Part shown: in pieces, positions 25,501 through 37,500 of the stretch
How positions within the stretch are numbered: position 1 is the first letter of the stretch
Layout of the letters: every line of letters begins with the position of its first letter
Program-made: the position numbers and the translations under genes
Origin: Macrostomum hystrix
Taxonomy: Eukaryota; Animalia; Platyhelminthes
Reading direction: 5' to 3'
NCBI GenBank assembly: GCA_950097015.1
Contig: CATNEN010000001.1
Span: forward strand, 8,804,001 to 8,868,000
Length of the DNA: 64,000 nt
The notes under the pieces: model-generated
Seen by the model: the letters and a program-made list of their open reading frames with translations, nothing else
Database searches by the model: none
What the model was told of the DNA's origin: nothing

Positions 25501-28500
25501 ATTATGCAGGATACCTGTTAGACAGGATACCTGTAAGACAGGATAAATGTTAGACAGGATACCTATTAGGCAGGATACCTGTTAGACAGGATAAATGTTA
25601 GACAGGATACCTGTTAGACAAGATACCTGTTAGGCAGGACACCTGTTAGACAGGATACCTGTTAGGCAGGATAAATGTTAGACAGGATACCTGTTAGGCA
25701 GGATACCTGTTAGACAGGATACCTGTTAGGCAGGATACCTGTTAGACATTCATAAGAAAAGTTGAGTTAAAAAAACTTTTTACCTCGGCAATTTTTGTAA
25801 CGCAGTGCAGCCGGCCAGACCTGTCACCCAGAACGATCGCCTCGAAATCCGACCAGCCCTGACGAGCCACCCTGCCGCAGTTAATCCATTCGCAGATTGG
25901 CGCAGTTTGAGACAAATTTACTTTTTCAACGACTACGGAAATATTGCCCTGGTTAGGTGAACCGGTAATGGTAGCTAGAATCTGAAAGTTAGAGCAAAAA
26001 TGGATTCTTTGATAGATTTGTCATTTTAAAATCAACTAAGCAATTATAATTTTTTAATTCGATGGATTTGTCATTTTAAAGTGTTTGAAGAATTTGTCAT
26101 CTTGTCATTTTATATTTGTCATTCTGAAATCTACGATGAGTTTGTCATTTTGAAATTTTCGATGGATTTGTCATTTTAAACTGCTAGGTAGATTTGTCAT
26201 TTTTTTTCTTCGAAGGATCTGTCACCATTTAATCTTGGATAAGTTTCTCATTTTTAATCATTTTATGAATTTGTCACCATTTTACACTCGATAGATTTGA
26301 AATATATAAAATTTAAAATTTTGATTCCGTTAGATTTCTAGGAAACAGTTTTTAAGTTTCAGACGCGATGAATTTCTTTGACAAAATATTCACAAACTAA
26401 TATGTCAATCAAAATGATAAACAGCTGAGCCACGCCTAATACGAGCTCGTAAATAATTCAGATTTTTTGTTCTTTCTCACGGTTTGTTAATCTAATTTCG
26501 AATAGTCTACATTTTTTCAACCGTTCTAGGCTTCAATAACAAACAACCAGTCATGACTCTAAAATAGGCAATTACAGCAGTAAAAATATGAAAATTTCCC
26601 CAAATATAAAATGACGAGACAAAAAATGATTGTTACATATAATTGAAAAGTTTATTAAAATCTTCACTTCATTTTACCCAGTCTTCCCCTTCCTTTTCTC
26701 ACATTTTTCATGCATATCCCATTCTTCCCCAGTAACTTATCCCATTCTTCCCCAATCATTTATCCAATTGTCTTCCCCAATCATTTATCCCATTGTCTTC
26801 CGCAATCATTTATCCCATTGTCTTCCCCAATCATTTATACCATTGTCTTCCCCAATCATTTATCCCATTGTCTTCCCCAATCATTTATCCAATTGTCTTC
26901 CCCAATCATTTATCCCATTGTCTTCCCCAATCATTTATCCAATTGTCTTCCCCAATCATTTATCCCATTGTCTTCCCCAATCATTTATCCCATTGTCTTC
27001 CCCAATTATTTGTCCCATTGTCTTCCCCAATCATTTGTCCCATTGTCTTCCGCAATTATTTGTCCCATTGTCTTCCCCAATCATTTATCCCATTGTCTTC
27101 CGCAATCATTTATCCCATTGTCTTCCCCAATCATTTATCCCATTGTCTTCCCCAATCATTTATCCCATTGTCTTCCCCAATCATTTATCCCATTGTCTTC
27201 CCCAATCATTTATCCCATTGTCTTCCCCAATCATTTATCCCATTGTCTTCCCCAATCATTTATCCCATTGTCTTCCCCAATCATTTATCCCATTGTCTTC
27301 CCCAATCATTTATACCATTGTCTTCCCCAATCATTTATCCCATTGTCTTCCCCAATCATTTATACCATTGTCTTCCCCAATCATTTATCCCATTGTCTTC
27401 CCCAATCATTTATCCCATTGTCTTCCCCAATTATTTATCCCATTGTCTTCCCAAATTATTTGTCCCATTGTCTTCCCCAATCATTTATCCCATTCTTCCC
27501 CATCCGTTTCTAGGGATAATAACGTAAAATTTAACCGTATAACAACGCCCTACCAGTTTTCCTCCAGTGATTGAGACCAGAAAGATTTCGTTTGACAGCC
27601 AGCAAAGATTTAATATTCCGCCACCGCAGCTAGTAATACTACTGTCGTTGCCATCTTTATCAGTAGTATGTAGTAGATTGTTGCTGCGCCAAATAGTGCA
27701 GACCGATTGAGTTTGATCAGCGTTACCTAAAAAGATTTTCCAGAATTTTTTAAAAGGATTGATTTCGTAACGATTCAAATATGAGTAACGGTTTAAACAG
27801 GAGTAACGATAAAAATAGTAGAATATATTTAAATAAGAGAAACGGCTTATATAAAAAGCAAAGATTTACACTAAAGTACTTTAAAGTACAGAAATAAAGT
27901 TTAGAGGAGTCAAAAAGGATGTTCAGTTAAAAATCATTTCACTTAAGGAATACTCGTACAAAAATGGTTTTTAAAACTAAAAATGGCATTCAAGTTATGA
28001 TTTTCGTAAAAGCATCGTTTCTAATGAGAAGTTCTTTCTGTTACGAAATGTGAGAAAAATTTCAGTAAAAGTAACGAACTAAAGTAACGAAAAAGTAACG
28101 GTTTACAAAAACTATTTTGAAAGAACTTCGACACCGGAAAATCAATGATATGATGAAAGTTTCGGACTATGGAAGTTAACTAAGTTTGGACCGTAAAACC
28201 AGAATAGAGTTGATGAGCACACTATGAGCACAAACCCGCTGATAAGTCGATCAGGCAGCAGGCTGCACCGCCGGCTGCAGCCGCCTCCTCGCTACACAGC
28301 AGCCACTGGCGATTTGGCGACAATGCGGCGCAGCTGCAGCGTTGAAGAAACGGCAAGTCGCCGACAAGTTTGACACGTTGAAGTGTTGCTCGCGGCTGGT
28401 CAGTTGAACTGCCGCGAAGGATGTGACTGTGGGATTTGGGATATTAGGGGAAAAATTATAACGCAAATTGCCTAAATAAAGAAGCTTGAAATGTACTTTT

Positions 28501-31500
28501 ATCACAATCAACGTGTGACCCTTTACTAAAAAATCTCAAAACATTTACTAAATCCCAACTAGAGTTTTGGGATTTAAACACAAAAAATCACTTTTGTAGT
28601 ATGATGAGTTTAAAATACCAAATAAATCCCACTTTGTGTCTAAAATCCAAAATTTTGCTTATAACCCCAAGAAAATCCAAAATTGTGCCTAAAATTCCAA
28701 ATAAATCCCACTTTGAGTCTAAAATCTAAAATAAATCCTAATTTGAGTTTTAAATCTAAAAAAATCCCACTTCGAGTAAAAAATCTCAAATTGTGCCTAA
28801 AATCCCAAGCAAATCCAACTTGGAATAAAAAATCCCAAAAACACCACCATGAAGGCATCGAATCTCTTAAATTAGTTTTAGTAAACAGTCCAAAGTGTTA
28901 TAACAAATTCCAATTAAAGAGTGAAAAAACTGAAGTTCTCACCCGTCATTAGTCAGTGCCACCAGATTTCCGGCGGCATCAAAGAAGGCGAATCGTAGAA
29001 AGTCCTGAATAAGAAAAAAATTTTGGAAAATGTTCGCACCACTCTACTAACAAGTAGAAATGTAAACAAATGTTGAAAAATACATGTACGAAACACGCCT
29101 GAATACTCGCATTACTCTACTAACGAGTAGAAATGTAAACAAATGTTAAAAGCTTGCCTTCTCGTTAATTTCTAATTCGCAAACATCGGCCGTTTGACGT
29201 CGATCCCCGACTTCGGAGTAGATTAACGCGCCGTCGTTGCCACCAGTGACCTGCACAGGCTACAGTATTGAACTTCACTGGTTCACTTAAATTCGATTAT
29301 AACGACAGCAAAGCTCACCAATTTAGCGCCACTCGGATCGATACCCAAGCACCAGATGTGCCGGCCCAAATGCCGAGTTTCCTTTCTTAATAGGCGACCA
29401 TCGCTTGTCGACCAGGCTATGAGGGCGCAATCCTGGATAAAATGCATTGTTTCAAGGCGAAAATGTAACCGTGATCGCATGCTAATAGGGACAGTTTCAC
29501 AACGAGAGGGGATAACTTGAAAATCAAGGGGAAAATTTGAAACTGAGGGAATAATTTGAAAATGTTTTGGATAATTTGAAACTGAGGGGATTCTTTGAAA
29601 CTGATGGGATAATTTGAAACTGATGGGATAATTGAAAAATGAGGGGATAATTGGAAAATGAGGGGATTCTTTGAAACTGATAGGATAATTTGAAACTGAT
29701 GGGATAATTGGAAAATGAGGGGATTCTTTGAAACTGATAGGATAATTTGAAACTGATGGGATAATTGGAAAATGAAGGAATTCTTTGAAACTGATGGGAT
29801 TATTAAAAACTGGGAGGATAATTTGAAACTGAGGGGATAATTTTAAACTGAGAGGATAATTTTTGAAACCGAGGGGATAATTTTGAAACCGAGGGGATAA
29901 TTTGAAATAAGGGGATAATTTTAAAACTGAGGGGATTATTAAAAACTGGGAGGATAATTTGAAACTGAGGGGATAATTTTAAACTGAGAGGATAATTTTT
30001 GAAACCGAGGGGATAATTTTTGAAACCGAGGGGATAATTTGAAATAAGGGGATAATTTTAAAACTGAGGGGATTATTTAAAACTGTGAGGATAATTTGAA
30101 AATGAGGGGATAATTTGAAACTGAGGGGATTCTTTGAAACTGATAGGATAATTTGAAACTGATGGGATAATTTGAAACTGAGGGGATAATTTTGAAACCG
30201 AGGGGATAATTTGAAAATGATGGGATAATTTGAAACTGAGGGGATAATTTAAAACTGGGAGGATAATTTGAAACTGATGGGATAATTTGAAACTGAGGGG
30301 ATAATTTTGAAACCGAGGGGATAATTTGAAAATGAGGGAAAATTGGAAATGAGGGTTAATTTTTTAAACTGATGGGATAATTTGAAACTGGGAGGATAAT
30401 TTGAAACTGAGGGGATACTTTGAAACTGATGGGATAATTTGAATGTGAATGTGAATGTGAATTTGAATGTGAGCTGTTGTGAATTAGGCAGTGAGTATTA
30501 TATGAAATACCCACGTGATCAGTGCGAATTACCTCTCCAATGGAGTAGAACACAGAGCAGCTGGGGTGGAGTCGGACAGACCAAACCCGACTCTCGTGAC
30601 CATACAGCTGGCACTGGGCATTGTAGACTAGCTGTTGATCGCGAGCTGTTGCCGAGTCCTCTACTGCGGTGAAATCTGGTTGCAAACTAGATTCTGGTTC
30701 AGAACAAAGCCGCCAGATCACTATGGACCGATCGTCTGATGCTGTCAGAATGATTGACAGATCTGAGCTGGCGTCGATGGAATATATAACTCCCTGCAAG
30801 GAGGTTTAGTGCTTGTAGCTGCGCTTGAGAAGGGAGTAAATTAAGAGGTAGAATTATTAGGAGGAAGAAAGTTCAAGGGTAGAATTATTTGGGGCAAGAA
30901 AGTTCAAGGGTAGAATTATTTGGGGCAAGAAAGTTCAAGGGTAGAATTATTTGGGGGAAGAAAGTTCAAGCGTAGAATTATCTGGGTGAAGAAAGTTCAA
31001 GCGTAGAATTATCTGGGTGAAGGAAAGTTCAAGCGTAGAATTATTTGGGTGAAGAAAGTTCAAGGGTAGAATTATTTGGGGGCAGAAAGTTCAAGCGTAG
31101 AATTATCTGGGGGAAGAAAGTTCAAGGGTAGAATTATTTGGGGGCAGAAAGTTCAAGGGTAGAATTATTTGGGGGGGGAGAAAGTTTAAGGGTAGAATTA
31201 TCTGGGGGAAGAAAGTTCAAGCGTAGAATTATCTGGGGGAAGAAAGTTCAAGCGTAGAATTATCTGGGGGAAGAAAGTTCAAGCGTAGAATTATCTGGGG
31301 GAAGAAAGTTCAAGCGTAGAATTGTCTGGGGGAAGAAAGTTCAAGCGTAGAATTATCTGGGGGAAGAAAGTTCAAGCGTAGAATTATCTGGGGGAAGAAA
31401 GTTCAAGGGTAGAATTATCTGGGGGAAGAAAGTTCAAGCGTAGAATTATCTGGGGGAATAAAGTTCAAGGGTAGAATTATTTGGGGGAAGAAAGTTCAAG

Positions 31501-34500
31501 GGTAGAATTATTTGGGGGCAGAAAGTTCAAGCGTAGAATTATCTGGGGGAAGAAAGTTCAAGGGTAGAATTATTTGGGGGCAGAAAGTTCAAGCGTAGAA
31601 TTATCTGGGGGAAGAAAGTTCAAGGGTAGAATTATCTGGGGGAAGAAAGTTCAAGGGTAGAATTATTTGGGGGCAGAAAGTTCAAGCGTAGAATTATCTG
31701 GGGGAAGAAAGTTCAAGGGTAGAATTATCTGGGGGAAGAAAGTTCAAGGGTAGAATTATTTGGGGGCAGAAAGTTCAAGCGTAGAATTATTTGGGGGAAG
31801 AAAGTTCAAGGGTAGAATTATTTGGGGGCAGAAAGTTCAAGCGTAGAATTATCTGGGGGAAGAAAGTTCAAGGGTAGAATTATCTGGGGGAAGAAAGTTC
31901 AAGCGTAGAATTATCTGGGGGGAGAAAGTTTAAGGGTAGAATTATTTGAGGGAAGAAAGTTCAAGCGTAGAATTATCTGGGGGAAGAAAGTTCAAGCGTA
32001 GAATTATCTGGGGGAAGAAAGTTCAAGCGTAGAATTATCTGGGGGGAGAAAGTCTAAGGGTAGAATTATTTGAGGGAAGAAAGTTCAAGCGTAGAATTAT
32101 CTGGGGGGAGAAATTTTAAGGGTAGAATTATTTGAGGGAAGAAAGTTCAAGCGTAGAATTATTTGGGGGCAGAAAGTTCAAGCGTAGAATTATTTGGGGG
32201 CAGAAAGTTTAAGGGTACAATTATCTGGGGGAAGAAAGTTCAAGCGTAGAATTATCTGGCGGAAGAAATTTAAGGGGTAGAAAGTTAGGAGCCAGAAGTT
32301 TAAGGGAAAAGTTAAGGGTTAGAATTATTAAGAGGCTATATAAAACTGGATAGAGAATAATAAATTTACTAACTCTATGCCGCCCGTTTAAACGACCAAT
32401 CAGCTGCAACCGTTCTTGACGGCAACTGGACTCAGAGACCAATAAAGTTTCACCTAGCGAACGCATCGACTCAAAATCGACTAGCAACATATCGGAGAAC
32501 ATTGTGCCGCAGGCTAATAACACCCTTCTTGACGGTCGGTCATTTTGATGTTGAATATCAGGGACCGATTGCTCGTAGGTTAAAAATTTTGCAACCGTAC
32601 TGTTACAGCAATTAAGCGATTAACAATGCGTGTGTAGTCGAGGAAGATTTACATGGATCAGTAGACGACTAATTTGCAAAAAATGTTTCAGACTTTTGCA
32701 CAAAAGTTCCTGACTTCCTGAGTTCCCAAAGATGGGCCAAGATGCCAAAGATGTGTCAAGATCCCAAAGACGGGTCAAGATCCCAAAGATGGGTCAAGAT
32801 TCCAAGGATGATTCAAGATCCCAAAAATGGGCTAAGATCCCAAAGATGGGTCAAGATCCCAAGGATGGGTCAAGATCCCAAAGATAGGTTACGATCTCAA
32901 AAATGGGTTAAGATGCAAAAGATGGGTCAGGATCCCAGAGATGGGTCAAGATCCCTAAAATGAGTCAAGATACCAAAAATGGGTCAAGATCCCAAAGATG
33001 GTCAAGATCCCAAAAATAGGTCAAGATCCCTAAAATGAGTCAAGATCCCAAAGATGGGTCAAGATCCCAAAATGGGTCAAGATCCCAAAGATGGGTCAAC
33101 ATCCCAAATATGGTCAAGATCCCAAAGATGGGTCAAGATCCCAAAGATGGTCAAGATCCCAAAAATGGGTCAAGATCCCAAAGATGGTCAAGATCCCAAA
33201 AATGGGTCAAGATTCCAAAGATGGGTCAAGATCCCAAATATCCTAAAACTTCTATCCTGAAAGGATACAGAAAGCAGTGTTCGCCGTCCGGTGGACCCAG
33301 TTCTGAGTAGCGCTCAGCCGAGCTCAAGTCTAGATTAGTTTGGCAAACAAACAGGCCTAGCTTGCATGTAGCCAGCAGTAGACAACTCTGTAGGGAAAAA
33401 GAATATTTTAATACTCAGTGTTCAACTAAATAATGTAATTTAAGTCAATGTTTATCATTTGTCACTCACCTCGCTAAGCCAATATGAGTCTAAGCATTGT
33501 AGAGGAAAGTTATCGTCGGATGCAACAATGCCAATTAGGTTGCTGCAATAAAAATTGTGTTATTGAAGTTTTACTATTAAAATGTGCCACACTCTACTAC
33601 TATCAATCTGATCAATCAATAGTAAGTCTGGGTGACTTTTTTCACTTACCAATCTTTGTCAAGACGAAGAGCAGTCCAGAAACGAATGCCAAGAACAGAC
33701 ACTAAATAGTTGTCCGGATTTGATCTGTCTGCAACAGAGTTGTAAGATAAATTTCATGTACTGGTGGAGTTATTGGGAAATTTGCCTAAACTCGGGACAA
33801 GGGATAATGATTGTCACAAAGTGAGGATCTGGGATTGTTACAAACTGAGGATCTGGGACTGTCACAAACTGAGGATCTAGGATTGTTACAAACTGAGGAT
33901 CTGGGACTGTCACAAACTGAGGATCTAGGATTGTTACAAACTGAGGATCTGGGATTGTCATTAAACTGAGGATCTAGGATTTTCATTTAACTGAGGATCT
34001 GGGATTGTCATTAAACTGAGGATCTAGGATTTTCATTTAACTGAGGATCTAGGATTTTCATTAAACTGAGGATCTGGGATTTTCATTAAACTGAGGATCT
34101 GGGATTTTCATTTAACTGAGGATCTAGGATTTTCATTAAACTGAGGATCTGGGATTTTCATTAAACTGAGGATCTGGGATTTTCATTTAACTGAGGATCT
34201 AGGATTTTCATTAAACTGAGGATCAGGGATTTTCATTTAACTGAGGATCTGGGATTCTCTAAAAATGAGGATTTGGGATAATTTCTGTATAATTTCTAAT
34301 TTAATCTAATCTAATTCAAATTTCTATAATTTCTGATAACTACGAACCAATGCAAATTCGATGAATGATGCAACCATTAGACAGGCTGCAAATCACTCGG
34401 ATACGACAGGAATTTCCGGAAATATCGGCGCATTTCAGCCAGCTGCCTTCACCTGTGAAGGTAAAAAAAAACAAATACACAGTAAGTATATTAAATACGT

Positions 34501-37500
34501 ATATACTCTCAAAGGTATTTCGGAGGTGAGTTATTGTAGATAACATAATATATTTCGCGAAAAAGCTAAACACTATGATACTTCAGTAATTGATCTTCTT
34601 ATATGAACATGAGCCTATAATCATTCAGGATTGTTTGTTGCTTATCAATTCGCTACAAAAGCTGCATTTGTTTTACAGATAACCAGACAAAAGACAGATA
34701 GGAAATTTGATAGGCTTTTGAACAAGGACGACAAAATCTGGGAGGTTCATTGTAGAGCTTGCCCGGGAGTTATTGACAGAAGAAATTTTTGAGATATGAG
34801 AGGGGGTCAGAGAGATGGAGAGTAGATTATTGGGGAGTAGATAAGAGAGAGTAGATAAGAGAGAGAGTAGATAAGAGAGAGTAGAGATAAGAGAGGGACA
34901 GTAGACAAGAGAGGGACAGTAGACAAGAGAGGGACAGTAGACAAGAGAGGGATAGTAGACAAGAGAGGGACAGTAGACAAGAGAGGGACAGTAGACAAGA
35001 GAGGGACAGTAGACAAGAGAGGGACAGTAGACAAGAGAGGGACAGTAGACAAGAGAGGGACAGTAGACAAGAGAGGGACAGTAGACAAGAGAGGGACAGT
35101 AGACAAGAGAGGGACAGTAGACAAGAGAGGGACAGTAGACAAGAGAGGGACAGTAGACAAGAGAGGGACAGTAGATAAGAGTGGGAGAGTAGATAAGAGT
35201 GGGAGAGTAGACAAGAGAGGGGGAGTAGATAAGAGTGGGAGAGTAGATAAGAGTGGGAGAGTAGATAAGAGTGGGAGAGTAGATAAGAGTGGGAGAGTAG
35301 ATAAGAGTGGGAGAGTAGATACGACAGGGGGAGTAGATAAGAGTGGGAGAGTAGATAAGAGTGGGAGAGTAGATACGAGTGGGAGAGTAGATACGAGTGG
35401 GAGAGTAGATAAGAGTGGGAGAGTAGATACGAGTGGGAGAGTGGGTGATGGAATCACAGGCATAGAAACGGTAAATTCGACTGAGCAAGCAAGAAATCAT
35501 TGTTTCTAAGGAAAATAAATGAGTACAGTACTCATCCGTCCACAAGGGATTAAGAAGATGTGCAGTGGAAGAATCGATCCACGTGTAGCAAAAGTACAGA
35601 TCAAGTGAGCCATCGAATTTCTTTCTAAACCATATAGAAAAGGATTAAGTCAAAACTCGTTAACCCTGCTCGCGTGCATTCGTCCCTCATTCTCTTTCTC
35701 ATACCCTCTCTCTAGATCACAATATTCGGACCCAATGGCAAATGAGGAAAGTTCTTACGGAAAATGAGAGAAAGAAACTAAATTTCCATGATTCCTGTGA
35801 GTGTGTACATAGGTCGCGACTTTAATAATAATTGAAAAACAGTTTTAGATTCTAACAGAACGTGTTATGGCGACATTTAATCGTCAACCGGTCTTTGTAA
35901 AGAGCACCCTGTTGTTGCTAGGCAGCGGTTTCATAGTATGGCTATCCGCTAAGAGGCACAATGCCATAGACATTGAGGGCAATGCTGACAAGGCCAATGC
36001 TTACGATGCATTTCTCATCATTGGACTGCTAGCATACTATTGTGCTGTACTATTGGCGTTCTGGTCAGCAATTAACGACCCACCAGACTGTTCCGCTATC
36101 ATTCTACTGCTGGGCGTGGCAACAGCAGGTGTGGCTGGTGAGTCTGCAACATATATCTAGTTGCTATGGGGATTCGGGTGTGAAAGAAAGATATTCTCGT
36201 TTGCTGATTATTAACACTAAGCAGTCTCTACTACGATGTCTAGTCTTTGTACCTCAAACTAAAACACTATAAATAAAGTTATATACATTATATCTAACCT
36301 CAATCTCCATGCTCTATATCTAATCTCCTTCCTTTTATCTAATCTCCTTCCTTTCGTATCTAATCTCCGTCCTTTTGTATCTAAGCTCCTTCCTTTCGTA
36401 TCTAATCGGGTATTGTCAAAACTGCATGAGCCTTGGTTCCTACGGAGCCTTCACGGCCAAAAAACTTTCTGCAATAGACAACAGATAACTTGGCTAAAAC
36501 TCCAATCCTGGTCTAACAAGCTATAGCGAGCGAGAGGGTCTATATCTATATCCTTTCGTATCTAATCTCCTTCCTTTTGTATCTAATCTCCTTCCTTTTG
36601 TATCTTATATCCTTCCTTTCGTATCTAATCTCCTTCCTTTTGTTTTTAATCTCCGTCCTTTCGTATCTAATCTCCTTACTTTTGTATATAATATCCGTTC
36701 TTCTGTATCTAATATCCTTCCTTTTGTATCTAATCTCCTTCTATTTGTATCTAATCCCCATTCCTTATGTCTAATCTCTAACCGTCATTAAAGTAAATTG
36801 TCACAAGTAAATTTGTTATTCTTCGGTCATTTTTAGGAAACTAATATAGCGTTCAAATTAGAGTCATGTAAGTCTTCAAAAATGGTTCACAGTAGCAGTA
36901 GCAGAATAATGTTATGCCGACACTTCATTCCCATAGAATAAATTAGGCTAATTAATCATACCTTCTCGGTGCTTAGAAAACGAAATTAATCATAACATAA
37001 ATAAAACAAGCAGTTCCAACTCGAGCCACTCCGATTCGCAATGAAACTTGGTCGAATGAAATATTAATGTGCCAAGACTAGCAATAGTTTTAGGAAAATA
37101 CTGGTACGAGCTAATTACAGGGAAGAAAATTAACAAGAAGTAAATCTAGCACTGATCTTATCGACATAAAAAATCCCAAATTGACAGTGATAGCTGGCGC
37201 CATAGCCCTGTCAATAGTGGGCACAGTGAATCATTCCGATCGACTGGCCTGGTCAGTTGCTATGGCAACAATCGGAGGTTTTCTATTCGGCCTAGAATTC
37301 GCCACTAAAAGACGGCGACAAACAGTGCCTGCAGTCGGCGGCCAAGAGAACCAGATTCAAACCATCGCCCATGGTAACAACTTTAACAAAGATAATAATC
37401 GCAACTTTTGTGCTAGCAACAAAGCGTCGGATATTGATGTGCAAGTGGTCGAATTGGACAGCGGAAAGTAACTATGCTGTTTGCCAGTAGCTGCTTTACT

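Noticed and set aside
34673-34750. MNLPDF... as WDR6 first exon
   Set aside because: Weak donor and no homology; 37986-38064 fits the WDR6 N-terminus with a GTGAGT donor
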